Shown here: positions 11,847-24,559 of the stretch, piece by piece
How positions within the stretch are numbered: the stretch's first letter is position 1
Layout of the letters: each line of letters opens with the position of its first letter
Position numbers and translations under genes: made by a program
Notes under the pieces: generated by a model
What the model saw: the letters and a program-made list of their open reading frames with translations, nothing else
Database searches by the model: none
What the model was told of the DNA's origin: nothing
NCBI RefSeq assembly: GCF_001194135.2
Contig: NC_069001.1
Span: forward strand, 27,643,113 to 27,686,525
Direction of reading: 5' to 3'
DNA: 43,413 bases
Source: Octopus bimaculoides
Taxonomy: Eukaryota

Positions 11847-12151
11847 CAGGGGCCTGCACTCTCAGGCATGCAAATTACGCGCTGCATGTTTCTGATTTTT
11901 TATCCATATCATCGGAAAATTAGATAAAAGAGTTCCTTTGTTTCAAAGAAAATCCGTCCAGGTGTTTTCGAAATATTCTGCCTCCCCTTCCCCTCTCTCA
12001 GTGACTCCTACGTCTACTTTAAGACGCACGTGACAGACACCCGCTCTCTCACTCTTTGTTAGTGTAGAATTGTTGCTAACCTCGTTCCACTTTGTGACCC
12101 GAACAGAAGCAGTAGTCACCGCACGCTACTGGAAGTCACCGCACGCCACTG
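11847..12151. mobile_element. hAT-like MITE inserted in a (GTAT)n microsatellite
   Basis: Ends CAGGGGCCTGC and (reverse complement) CAGTGGCGTGC, 9/11 match. Flanks gtatgtat and gtatggca give a partial 8-bp TSD. Subterminal tandem duplication agtcaccgcacgc[t/c]actgg near 12115-12152. Confidence 0.55.
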
Positions 12152-12288
12152 GTATGGCATGTATGTATATATGTACTTATATATGTACGTGAGTATTTGG
12201 GTAAGTTTGTAGACGTGTCTGTGTGTGCATGTGTATGTACATGAGAACGTATGTTTATGCACTGATATATATGTCCATATATATATAG

Positions 12289-12295
<7 letters not shown>

Positions 12296-12361
<66 letters not shown>

Positions 12362-12362
12362 C

Positions 12363-12412
<50 letters not shown>
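12296..12412. repeat. Compound microsatellite (TA)n-(CA)n
   Basis: Direct inspection. Confidence 0.95.
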
Positions 12413-12413
<1 letters not shown>

Positions 12414-13378
12414 CTTAAAACCACTGCTGTTTTCCTTGTCCGAACGTGTTATTATGATATTACTTGCGCTACGTCCTCTTTTTTGCGTTGTTCTTTCTTC
12501 TTTTTTTTTTCTCTGCGTAATGTGAATAATTTGAAGCGCTGATAATCAAATACACTTGAACAAAAATTGAAACAGTTGAAGTACATAAAGGAAAGATGAT
12601 TCGTAATAACCAGGTCATTTGGAATTGGCGTAAATCTTCAATTAGCTTTTAAACAAAAGGAAAGAAACAAATACTTCAAGATATCAGGAGGTATGTACAG
12701 AAAAAGAATTTAGAATTAGGTATGCCTCGGGATTATGTATTGTTGTCTTAAGTAAAATTTATGCGTATGTAAGCTTTAAACCGAATCAACATTTGATTCC
12801 TAGGTCTCATTTCAACGCAAGTCATTACTGGCTAATACGTTTTATGACACATTACTCTAACACTCTACCGTGTAAAACCGCTTTCACGGCGAATACCTAA
12901 AGACTATGAAGAAATGTTTTATTCATTTCATAAGAGCCATCATTGGCTTGTGACAGAATATCTGTATTTACTAATCAAACCGGATTACTGATCAATCACC
13001 AGTGTATTATGAAATGTTAGGTGTTATAAGCTCTTGATTCTAAAATGTATCCGTTCATATATGTGGCCATGCAGAACGGCTTCCTATAGTTACTAGTACT
13101 TGTGTTAATGTACCTCCTTATGTCTCTCTCATATATAACTGCCAGACGAAAAACATTAAATTTATAAAATAATGGTGGAGCATTAAAATAAGAGAAGACA
13201 TTTAACAATTAGTTTATAGGCCGCGAAAGTTTGCATGAATAAAATAGTTAAATAAAATTTGAAGGCTTCCTGTTTTGAATGAATGGTTAAAAACAAACAC
13301 TATTTTCCAAAATATGGCAAAATGGAAATATGTTCGCTGCAAAATTTGGGTCATTCCTCGTCGGAGTATAGCTGTGTC

Positions 13379-13563
13379 TTTTTATTTATTGATGCGTCCT
13401 TTCAAAGCCTAGCCAGGGTGATGGGCCCGGTTTCCCGGTTTCTATGGCGTATGTGTCCCTCCTCTGCTGGACGGGACGCCAGTCCATCGCAGTGCTACTC
13501 AAGAAACAGGAAGAAAGTTTGAGAGATAGTTGGGGCGAAAGAGTACAACAGGGGGGCCCCACC
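13379..13563 (-). mobile_element. 5'-truncated SINE with V-domain-like segment, abutting and probably inserted into the Penelope relic
   Basis: Minus strand: ggtggggcccccctgttgtactctttcgcc...ctgcgatggactggcgtcccgtccag...ctggctaggctttgaaaggacgcatcaataaataaaa. CTGCGATGGACTGGCG..CCGTCCAG resembles the V-SINE motif (from memory). Confidence 0.65.
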
Positions 13564-15015
13564 TCCTGTACTATTCTCCTTTCTACGATCCCCCAAAACA
13601 GATCTGTGATTATAAATTCTCAATCTAACTGAATTTTTCGTGCAACCCAGGTCTACGTATCTAGAGGAGTCCTGAGTAATAATGCAACATCTTTCATTTC
13701 ACAATTTTTATCTACTTCACAGGCATCCGGGTCTCTGCAATTACGATTTGAATTAATGGGTTGTACTCTGGTGTTATGTCTACATCCTTTTCGGATAATG
13801 GAGTTATGGTTACTATCAGTATTATAGTTGTTAATTATAGGATTATTGGAAGTACTAGGTACAGTTATTGCATTTTTTTTAAATTATAGAATAGATCTAG
13901 TCTCTTATTGTTAAAAGAAGAAATTATCCTAAAGAGAAGTGGAAAAACTGAAACCAAATCTAATGTTTTTATTAAATATCTTAGCATATTTAGAGTTTTT
14001 GAAGTTTGTATTAATTATCATTGTAATGAACCTAATGAAGTTAGATTTTAGATGTTTGGCAAAAGGGATTATGATCCAAGTAGTGTTATTGTTGTTTGAT
14101 TTATTGGAATGTTGGGTTGCGTTGGGGTGGGGATTTAACTATTCTCACACAAGGCATTAGTTTCTTTTTTGCTATTCTATCCCCATCTGTATTAATTTGA
14201 GTTCTATGGTTAAGTATATAATTGAAAGAATTTGGTGAGTTTACATTATTCTCATTTTTTTTTTGCTTAATGTTTGTATCCTTATCTATAATTACACAAT
14301 TCTGGTATTTTTTGTCAGTATTCTTAGGTATATTAATATTAGTGTTTTAGTAAGGTGGGAATTACTAAAATATATTTTTTCCGTTAGTAAAGTTATGGTT
14401 ACGGTGTTCATATTGATTAAGTTAATTAATATGTTTATTGTAGTTGTGATTTTCGTGTTTTTTGCTAATGTTATATTCATGACTATTATTGAGAGTTTAC
14501 GTTATACGTTTATTGGGGTGTACCAATTCAATAGAGGGACTTAGTTTCACTCATATTATCTACGTTATTCGTTTCAATATAATGTTTGATATCACTAGTA
14601 TTGATTCTGTCGTTCTTATTATACTTAATTTCATAGTTATATCCTGCCTTCTTAACTGCGAGTTTATAGTAGTCTTTATGTTTGTTAAATATTTATTCGT
14701 GAGATGATAATAGATTAATTCTTCTCTCTATGTAAGTGGTCAGGTTTTCTATAATGTTATTTCGATGGTTACTTTGTTCGCTTATGTACGTGATATTGTT
14801 ATTAGGTATATGTTAAGGTTCGTCGGTAGAAGTATTGAGGTTGAAGTTAACGCCTAGGAAATTAACAGCAGTTATCGCTTTCAATCATCAATTTGCATTA
14901 TTTTTATATACCTTTACGAAACGACCATCTTTAAGAATTAAAATTCTATTATATAGTTTAACAACTTGCCTTCTCCATTTTGAACTAAATTGTTAGCATC
15001 TATCACACACACACA

Positions 15016-15062
<47 letters not shown>
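15016..15062. repeat. (GCAC)n tetranucleotide microsatellite
   Basis: Direct inspection. Confidence 0.95.
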
Positions 15063-15254
15063 GTGTATGTAAGTATATATATATATATACAGGCATACAC
15101 TTATGTGTATACGAGGATAGATTTGCGTGCAGATGTACATGCGTACGCACACATATATATATACATACATATATATGTATATATACATGTGTGTGTGTGT
15201 GTGTGTATATACATGTGTGTGTGGGTATGTGTATGTATACGTAAATGTACATAT

Positions 15255-15490
15255 ATGTTAGTCTGAAACAAAAGTCATCAGCAACATATTTTACCCTTTT
15301 GCTCGATGACCTTTTGCTTTTTTTTTTCTGGCAAATACATGATTCCGTGCTCATAGAATCTCTTGTCCTACTCAGCCAAAACTTGAAGCAGGTGGGATTT
15401 CAAGTCATCATTATTTTTGAAAAGTTTACCATTGAAAGAATTTTGCAAACTCCGAAAAAAACCGATCTCGCGATCGTGATATCTACATCT
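15255..15490 (-). mobile_element. Mariner transposase C-terminal fragment
   Basis: SLQNSFNGKLFKNNDDLKSHLLQVLAE*DKRFYEHGIMYLPEK then (frameshift) QKVIEQKGKY, matching the mariner C-terminus ..FYERGIxKLPERWQKVIEQNG.Y. Confidence 0.85.
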
Positions 15491-17295
15491 TAACCAATAG
15501 TATATGCCACTTTGTATACATTAGCACAGATGTTTATTTTTGTAACAAGTTGTATGTGCATAAGAGGTTATTAATGCCCTTAAGTGCGTGCACATATTTC
15601 AGTTTAATCACATACATGCATATCAATTATTATAAATGATTTAATACGATTGTACATACACCATTATATTCTTAAGTGTATGCAAATGCACACATAAGCG
15701 AACATGTGTATATGTTAACAACTTTCAAGTTCACATGTATACTTACACATATAATCATATAAATGTGTATATCCCCATAAATATGCACATATAAACTCAT
15801 CAAACGTCTCTGTTTTCCTATATTCATATGAATTCATAAATTCGCCTGCAAATGTAGATATGAACATGGACACCGCGCAAAGTCATGCAAACGTACGTGT
15901 AAATTAAGCTGGAAACGAGAGAAACATTACTAATTTGAATTGTATTTCTAGGTATATTGAAAGTGAGGCGAACAATAAACAAAATAAATGTATGCAAATC
16001 GCTTGGTGATGGAAATGCTATATAGCTAGTTAGCTAGTTCTAAGCATTGAAACTTGTAATATTTTGCTTATCAAATGCATGTATAAAATGTTTTAACAAG
16101 TATAATCCAACGAGTTCGCTAACCTCAACAATGTCGAAGCTCCACATAATGACATCAAACGGATTTCTGCCATTGAACTTCACCTATAAGCAAATTCATG
16201 AAAAAGTAATGAAGTTTTATAGCGTTCACTATAGCATTAACTACTATCTTTTATATATTTTGCTACAAATGATTGTGTATGGGAGAAAAAGTCCATTATA
16301 TACAATTCGTCATGATAATTATCAACGTCATTAGGCGACAGAACTTTAAACTAAACACTTGTAAGATTTTTAAAATCAACTAATAAATACTTTTTTCTTT
16401 CAAAACATATTTCGATGCATTCATCAGAATAGAAATTTGCTAATTTAATTTTTTTTTCTTTCTGTTATTTGTTTCTGATAAAACTTAACTACTTTTAAAT
16501 TGCTGAATAAGTTGATCATATTTCAAATTTGCATTTTTTAGCATTTCAATTATCAAATGGTAAATATGCATTTTTTAGCATTTCACTTATTAAATGATAA
16601 ATTTAACTAATATATTTTGGAATTAAATAACCATAATCACACGCAGCTAATTTTTAAATTTCACTATAAACTATACTATCCGTAACTGTAATTAAGCATA
16701 CAGTCATGCATTTAGGATGCATAAATTAAAATTAGAATTCCAATAGATAATTAATAATGTATATAGAAATATAAACAAGAAAAGTAAAATAATATCTCAT
16801 TTTAATCTTGCGTAACTATTTGCGACAAGACTAAATAAGAATAGCTATCAATGTATACTCTTTAATGGATATACATATTTGATAGTATGTGTGTGCCCTG
16901 AGAAAAAAAAGAATTCTCCGGTATATGCATGCCTGTGGTAAATGAGAAGTGTTGCGTTTGGGCGTATGGTTTGTGGGCGGAAATTCTTGGGTCATACGGA
17001 CCTGGTCAGCCGTCAGACAACTCACAGGAATCAAACCATTGTAAATTGTGATACGGCTATTGTTGGCAACAGAAAATGTGAGACCGATAGGAAGGTGCGC
17101 CTTTCAGTTTCAAGGATTCAAAAGGTGTATTAAAGGAGTTCATACTGTGGTACTTGTTCCTTCTGCCAGCTGCCACAACTGTGAATTATGCAATACTATG
17201 TGCAAATCTTTGGCCAGGGCTCAAGAGTCACAGAACGGCCTTACATTGCATCATCTATGACTCATTTCAGTGACGCGTAGATCGTATACGGAAAA

Positions 17296-17678
17296 GAAGC
17301 TGCATGACTGTGTGGTAAGAAGCTTGCTTCCCAACCACATGGATCAGAGTTCAGTCCCACTGCGTGGAACCTTCGGCGAGTGTCTTCTACTATAGCCTCG
17401 GGTGAACCAAAGCCCTGGGAGTGGATTTGTTAGACGGAAACAGAAAGAAATCCGTTGTGTATATTTATTAATGTATATATTTGTGTGTCTATGTTTGTCA
17501 CCCCGTCATCGCTTGACAACCGATGTTGGTTTGTTTATGTCCCCGTAAACTAGCGTTTCTGCTAAAGTGATTGATAGAATAAGTATTATGTGTACAAAGA
17601 GGAAGTCGTGGGGTTGCTTCGTTCGACTAATGGTGGTGCTCTAGCATGGCCGTAGTGAAATGACTGAAACAAGTAAAC
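17296..17678 (+). mobile_element. tRNA-derived SINE, family B, near full length
   Basis: gtgtggtaagaagcttgcttcccaaccacatgg..gagttcagtcccactgcgtgg..ctatagcctcggg...agacggaaacagaaagaa-(TA/TG tract)-atcgcttgacaaccgatg...gcatggccgtagtgaaatgactgaaacaagtaa. Confidence 0.85.
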
Positions 17679-17851
17679 GTATATATATATATATATATAT
17701 ACGTATGTATGTATGTATGTATGTATGTATGTATTTATGTATGTATATACGTATATATGTATGTAAAGAATAAAGAGTTTTGAATGGTACAACAATGCAC
17801 TATAATACAAAGAATGGACTATATACCTGTTCTAATTTAGTTATCCATAGT

Positions 17852-17890
17852 CCGATGATATTTCGGAATACAATTCTTTCTTCAGATATT
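17852..17890 (-). ncRNA. Hammerhead ribozyme motif, mirror copy with G10.1 to A change in stem II
   Basis: Minus strand CTGAAGA A AGAAT TGT ATTCC GAAA TA TC (17885-17857). Confidence 0.5.
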
Positions 17891-17971
17891 CGTAGATGGA
17901 GTCGCTGCTATAATCGGTTTTCCAACGTTTTTTCTTTTTTTAATGTATATATATATATAGCAACGACTCCA

Positions 17972-18010
17972 TCTATCTGAAGAAGGAATTGTATTCCGAA
18001 ATATCATCGG
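17972..18010 (+). ncRNA. Minimal type I hammerhead ribozyme motif (PLE type), core intact
   Basis: CTGAAGA (17977-17983), A, stem II GGAAT/ATTCC with TGT loop, GAAA (17998-18001), palindromic stem III ATAT, cleavage triplet AUC (cut 3' of 18005). Stem I is imperfect (tctat versus atcgg). Confidence 0.65.
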
Positions 18011-19045
18011 ACTATGGAAAACTAAATTACAACAGGTATATAGTCCATTTTTTGTATTATAGTGCATTATTGCACCATTCAAAACTTTTTTATTTTTTAC
18101 AAACAATACACAATGCTTCAAGCCAACTACAATACTCTCCTATGTGTGTATGTTTGTATGTTGATGCAAACAGGAAAACTATAAATCAAGATATGAGTAT
18201 GTGTATTTTTATTAACATTTAGCAGAGATTACTGAGTGACTGAAAGTCCTATATTTTCGTGTGTTGGCATTTATAAAACGAGTGAAATGTCAAAGACCTC
18301 TGAGTTTATATAACTGTTGATAAATAAATATATTTCCCTCGGGAATGCCCTAGAACGAATCAAAATAATGTCCCGTGTATAATTCAAATAGTTTTTCCAG
18401 TTATGCAGATCAGTAAGCAAATACACAGATAAATAAATAAGAAAAATAATAGAGAGAGAAAAGCAAGCACAAGAAATCTTGCGCGTGTCATCACACAGAC
18501 ACACACACACTCACATATATACACACGTGTCTATATCTGCTAAAGATTTCAGATCTCGATTTAAGCAGTGTGTTTGGAATTGCCGGATTTATTCGACTAA
18601 AGGCTCTAAGCTGCATCCAAATAAACTAAAACAAGTAAAATGTTAGAGATAAAAGTCAACAATTTACTGAGGAAAAATCTTTAAAACTAAGACAAGTATT
18701 TCCCGAGCTGATGCAAGCTTCATGCATATAAAGATGTTTTTATTTTTTTAGGCAACCTCTTGGCATTTACACATCACCCTATAATAGAAGATATTATTCT
18801 AAAGTAAAACAAATAAAGTTGATACAAATGAAAGCAAATACACAAGTGCAACCATGAATACATAAACATGAATGCTTAAAGAAAGGAATATAAATATACA
18901 AAGCACAAATTAACTTTCAACGCAGTTGTACAAGATACGGTATTTATCATACCAAGAAAATATCACGCCGTTCATGTAAAATATAAGGGTATGCAGATAA
19001 AACGCTAAGAAATAGAACAAAAACAAAAAAGAAACCATATATGCC

Positions 19046-19350
19046 TTTCATCCTTTCGGGGTCGAATAAATAAGTACCAGTTACACATTGATTTCGATCT
19101 AATCGACTTAATCCCTTTGTCTGTCCTTGTTTGTCCCCTCTATGTTTAGCCCCTTGTGGGCAATAAAGAAATAAGAAACGTTGGTACGCCGGGTGAAATG
19201 CTTTGCGTTATTTCGTCTGTCTTTACGCTCTGAGTTCAAATTCCGCCGAGGTTAGCCTTGCCCATCATCCTTTCGGGGTCTATAAATTAAGTACCAGTTG
19301 CGTACGGGGTAAATCTAATCCACTGCACCCCCTCCACAAAAAAATTTGTG
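19046..19350 (+). mobile_element. Head-to-tail dimer of family A SINE units
   Basis: Two successive catcctttcggggtc..taaat.aagtaccagtt...atctaatc units. The first ends in a distinct tail tccctttgtctgtccttgtttgtcccctctatgtttagccccttgtgggcaataaagaaataag. Confidence 0.8.
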
Positions 19351-20546
19351 GTTCGAAATTACAGCTAAGTTCGATTTAGTTACGTATAGCTTTAAATATC
19401 ACACACAAAAAAATCACACATACATAATTTACTCGCTCGCACACACACATACATATACATACATACATACATACATTAGCTTAGGGTCTAAGAGTTCTCC
19501 AGTTGAGAAATTTTACTTTCACATTTTGTGATGTGCAATAATAAATTTGGACATGAAATGTAAAGCCGTAAGCGAGATCGACATAGTACATTGACATGAG
19601 TTTAAAATGAAGCAAGCAGAATTGTGAGGATGAACCGAATGACTCGCAATATCTATAAGAAATTGTTCAAGAAATATCACCGTTGAATTCGCTGATCTTG
19701 TCTTACAATTATTTTAGCCATTGTTTATTAAGTATTTACGTGGTAACCTCAGCAGGGATGTTGTTTCCGTCACAAATTAGCTGTATTAGGCAGAAATCTG
19801 TACAAGGAAGATCACTGTTGGCCTCAGAAAATGTCAAATTATTTATGCATTGTATTATGCCGTGTAACGTTTATCTCATGTTCTCAACATTTCTATGTCT
19901 CTCAAAACATTGTTAAATATATATTTGATGTTCCCTTAGATGTGTCGTATTTTATTTGCTCATTGTTCACCTTTTACGTCTTTGCTTTTCATCTATCAAT
20001 CTTGCAGCAGCTTGACGTTGTTGTAAATATATATTGTTTTTTATTTGTTCTTCTCCTTTTATTTTCCTTTGGTTTTGGATCTATGTACCTTAAAATTTCA
20101 GTTCTGTAAATTCTTTGATCTTGCCTCACACATGTGTAAATATTGGCTCGAAAAGATATGTAGGAGATCATGTGGTTCCGTTATTTCCCTACGATACGCT
20201 CTAGAATCATGGAAAGAAAATGAAAAGGGAAAAATTTGACGACAAAATTGCGCCACATTTTAATTCGTATTACGTCGCGTCGTTCTTTAAAATTATGTTT
20301 TTTGGGGCAGTCTTCGGGCTTAGGGCTCTCTCCTATGTATCCCTTGCGTATTCATTTAGCTTTAAACCATAAACATCTGCAAACGATTTTTATCCTTCCT
20401 ATGCCTCTTAGATATTCACATTCTCCCTAAATTTCTCCTCTCTATTAATACTACCTATCTATACAAATCAATTTTTGCATCGTAAATTTATTTCAAGGTT
20501 TCGGATTACAAGAATCAAGGAATGATTAATATTCTATATAATCACA

Positions 20547-20553
20547 AGTGCTC

Positions 20554-20603
<50 letters not shown>

Positions 20604-20625
20604 CTGTCTATCTGTCTTTCTCTCA

Positions 20626-20667
<42 letters not shown>

Positions 20668-20694
20668 TATATATATATATATATATATATATAT
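20547..20694. repeat. Compound microsatellite (TCTA)n-(CT)n-(TA)n
   Basis: Direct inspection. Confidence 0.95.
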
Positions 20695-20812
20695 CCATGT
20701 CCAAGTCCACTACTTAGCGTACATCGAAATACTGAGCGAACCACATTGATGCAACCATACAATTATGCAGCACTAATGCAGCAGTTTATGCACACACACA
20801 CACAAGTCATAC

Positions 20813-20862
<50 letters not shown>

Positions 20863-21150
20863 GTGTATATATGTATATATATATATATGTATATATATAT
20901 ATAGGTATGTATATATATGTGTGTGTGTGTGNNNNNNNNNNNNNNNNNNNNNNNNNNNNNNNNNNNNNNNNNNNNNNNNNNNNNNNNNNNNNNNNNNNNN
21001 NNNNNNNNNNNNNNNNNNNNNNNNNNNNNNNNNNNNNNNNNNNNNNNNNNNATGTACATATAAGTATATATACGTACAAAATATATATGAATTTATATAG
21101 AGAGAAAGCAGAGCGAAGTTTCCCGACGATGAAAAAGAATTATTAAAAAC

Positions 21151-21183
<33 letters not shown>

Positions 21184-21913
21184 GATAGATATTTATATAT
21201 TAATAGAGCATACTTACGCAACGTACAAAGGACACAGAAAATTAAAGGGGAGAAATTTTCTCTGTCGTTTGTACTCTGTAAGTTTGCCTCATTAATATAT
21301 AAATATCTACATGTTTATACTTGAATATTCATCATCTGAAAATTTCAGTCTTTCCTTTCTCTCTGTTTACCTGTATACATATATGTGTATTTTGTAACAC
21401 GAACTGAAACAGTTTTATTTGCTTTATTCACATAAATGTCTCCATACTGTTCACCTAGATTACTCTTATTGCCACACCTTACTTCGTGGACTTCGTCTAT
21501 GGTAAAGTTATTTGAGTCTAAGTTCAAAACATTTGAGACTCACTATTCTCTTTATTGAGAATAGCTGGACATTTCATTTAGATACGCTCATCTTCGGTCT
21601 GATGAGTAGCAAGTGGAGGACTCCTCGTTGAGTAATTATTACTTCCGAGTTTCTGCTAGCTAGGAAACATGTAGCCCGGATTTTACCTACTCCATTCTCT
21701 CAATTTTTATTCTAACCGTGAACTATAAAATAACTTTTTTCTGCTTATCGAATTTCGATACGGGAAAAATCTACAACCTTATACGCCATTAATATCTTAT
21801 TGATCTTGAACGTTGTTTATGATACCTATTACAAACTGCTCGAAGCTTACTAACTTCCTGCACCTAGATACATGAATCGTAATATCATATATACACACGC
21901 ACGCACACACACC

Positions 21914-21995
<82 letters not shown>

Positions 21996-22262
21996 NNNNN
22001 NNNNNNNNNNNNNNNNNNNNNNNNNNNNNNNNNNNNNNNNNNNNNNNNNNNNNNNNNNNNNNNNNNNNNNNNNNNNNNNNNNNNNNNNNNNNNNNNNNNN
22101 NNNNNNNNNNNNNNNNNNNNNNNNNNNNNNNNNNNNNNNNNNNNNNNNNNNNNNNNNNNNNNNNNNNNNNNNNNNNNNNNNNNNNNNNNNNNNNNNNNNN
22201 NNNNNNNNNNNNNNNNNNNNNNNNNNNNNNNNNNNNNNNNNNNNNNNNNNNNNNNNNNNNNN

Positions 22263-22312
<50 letters not shown>

Positions 22313-22360
22313 GAGAGAGAGAGAGAGAGAGGGACAGAGAAAGGCGGAGAGTGTGGAAAT

Positions 22361-22596
22361 ACCCCCTTTGGTTATAAGTGACCATGGGATTGTACCTAGA
22401 AAGTTATTCTCCGCAGCAGAATGCGGGCCAGGTTCTTTATGTATGGCCAACCGTCACCTATGCATATCCGCCTCCCAGCTCCACGTCACTGATGCTATCG
22501 AAGGGAAAATCAAAGGCCGATGCCGCTTGGTACTAGTGGCGTCGCAACTCATATCTGTAGCTGAATGAACTGGAGCAATGTGAAATAAAGTGTCCT
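22361..22596 (-). mobile_element. 5'-truncated SINE, family C
   Basis: Minus strand gacactttatttcacattgctccagttcattcagctacag..atgagttgcgacg...ctttctaggtacaatcccatggtca. This resembles the central domain and tail of a common octopus SINE (from memory). Confidence 0.65.
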
Positions 22597-22782
22597 GATA
22601 TATATATATATATATATATATATAGGTAAATGATAGGATTGCTTCAATATTTCAGGGGTAGTCTGAAGTATCTAAGCAACCAGGGGATATTTAAATCCGA
22701 AGGCACCCCTGGAAATTACTTGTGTGGGTATCGTCTTCGTTAGAAGAAGGTATCCAGAGGCAGGTAATTTATTGTTTCCACA

Positions 22783-22824
<42 letters not shown>

Positions 22825-24559
22825 CATACACAGAGACAGTCAGTGAGAGAAATGGAGAGATAGATAGACAGATAGATTGATATCTGCGATACAGTATAAT
22901 GTTGGCATATGCAGCAGTCTATCGAGTTATAACCTCGAATTGGTTGATATGTAGGCTGTAAGTAATGATTTGTTGTTCTTACTAAATGTACTGCTAGTCA
23001 TGTTGTAGAGAAGCCCAGAACAGATGTCATCTGCAAATTTCTTTTAGCACTTAACGTCTTATAAACCACTAACCTAACTGTGTTTGAAACCATTGGTCTT
23101 ACACATGCGGTAACATTTAGAAAAGCGAAAGAATATCATTTGTAAAGTATAGGGTTCTCTCGTCTTCACAGGTCTTTACAACACTATTGATAACATTAAT
23201 TGCAAAACTTACTGCTTTCCCTTACTAAAATTAATTTCGATAAGTCACCTTTACAATCTAACATTTTCAATCCGTCAAATTGTCCTTGTATAAACAGATA
23301 TTTCTGTATTGAGAAAAACTTGCCTTACAATCTAGCATTTTCACTCCCTCAAATTTCAATCGTCTTTTATGTTGTTTACACATAACTTAATTCTTAAAGT
23401 AGAATTTTTTTTTTAATCTAAAACATAAGCACATCTATGTCAATCACAAATTCTGAAAACTTTCTAAGTGAAAGAAGATATATTGCACCCTCCTATTAGC
23501 AAAACAACACTGAAGTAGCCATCTGAAAATATATTCCCACTATGTACGTTATCCAACGCAGGAGTTATAACATATGAGGGAGACTTCTTTTCTATGGTAT
23601 CAAACAGATTTTACATGAAAATCTTACTCAAACATGATATAAAGAAAACTTATATGTTTATATAATCGTACAGGTCTTTTCAATTCACCATTAACATTAC
23701 TACAAATTTATACGAGTACATTTGGGAACTAAACGATAAAACTTTATAATAATCGATAAAATGAAAAAAAATATGATGGAAAATTCTTAATGCTATAAAA
23801 TTAGAAGCCGTATGTTTAATCTGCACACGGCAGAGAAAAAGAATATCTTCCAAAATGTCCATAACCAAAGATTCCATTTAAGCACAAAATTGAAGAAATG
23901 TGATAAATAGAAACACTTCTAAGGAAACACTATTTGAAACACTTCTAAAGACATCATTTACGTGCTCACAAATATGATCTAAGGAGGTCATAATTTTAGA
24001 TTTAGCCATATTATCAAACTTTGCTCCATCATTCTTGCACTTTCAACCTGTCTTGGACTTCGTTTAATCCTGCCGTAATATTAAACACTGGCAATGACCC
24101 ATATCTAAATTTTTCACTCCAGTTTTCCGAGGATATTATAATGATCAATATACGTTTATAAACCTATAATATATTTTCAAATCAATATACCAAAATCTAC
24201 TTTTTGAAGTATTGATTAAACTAACACTTTTAAACAGGCACATACTAAATACTAGCTGCAATATGATCCATTTACCAAAATAATAAAACGAAGAATCAAG
24301 AAATCGATTCTTCAAATGCAATTATTGCTGTCCTACGCCAAGAAAAATCTCTATTAATAGTATGATACTAGAAACCGGAGCTTTAATCAAAAGACGTATG
24401 TAGTGTACTTTTTTCTTTGATTAACTAAGAGAAGCGCAAGATAACATCTTTGCATGCAGATTAAAATCTGATAAATGCCATACTATTTTATTGAATTTCT
24501 ATTAAGACTGATCTAATTAAACGCCGTAACTCCTGTAATGAAAAAATAACTAAAAGGAG

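Larger units (their letters stand above)
13564..16345 (-). mobile_element. Fragmented Penelope-like element (RT, thumb, linker, GIY-YIG endonuclease)
   Basis: Colinear minus-strand pieces: KTSLLFHE and NPFDVIMWSFDIVEVSELVGLYLLKHF (~16345-16000); VNFLGVNFNL...ISEQSNHRNNII...IFNKHKDYYKLAVKKAGYNYEIKY (~14935-14620); WIIIPFAKHLKSNF...KIFNKN (~14130-13970); NCRDPDACEVDKNC and GCTKNSVRLRIYNHRS (~13740-13590). Interrupted by microsatellites and a mariner fragment. Confidence 0.85.
17777..18085. repeat. Long inverted repeat: arms 17777-17912 and 17956-18085, 43-nt spacer, imperfect extension to about 17762/18101
   Basis: Manual alignment gives 7 substitutions plus one 6-nt indel over ~135 bp. Confidence 0.95.

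Noticed and set aside
13939-14707. Hydrophobic membrane-like ORFs resembling mitochondrial genes
   Set aside because: They are antisense to the A-rich Penelope coding strand; no mitochondrial motifs were recognised.
16406-16427. Minus-strand CTGATGAATGCATCGAAATATG, hammerhead-like
   Set aside because: No closing stem II pair, G at the cleavage position, and no stem I.
16530-16603. ~37-bp tandem duplication (similar small ones near 11681-11720 and 23905-23950)
   Set aside because: Two-copy AT-rich slippage products with no further structure.
17780-18222. Mirror-image ORFs sharing MHYNTKNGLYTC
   Set aside because: A consequence of the inverted repeat; no protein homology is apparent.
21585-21640. 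CTGATGAG within a small hairpin (gctcatc/gatgagt)
   Set aside because: No downstream GAAA or stem III, so not a hammerhead.
22656-22763. 108-nt segment with good acceptor and donor
   Set aside because: All three frames contain stops between these sites. A non-coding exon is not excluded but is unsupported.
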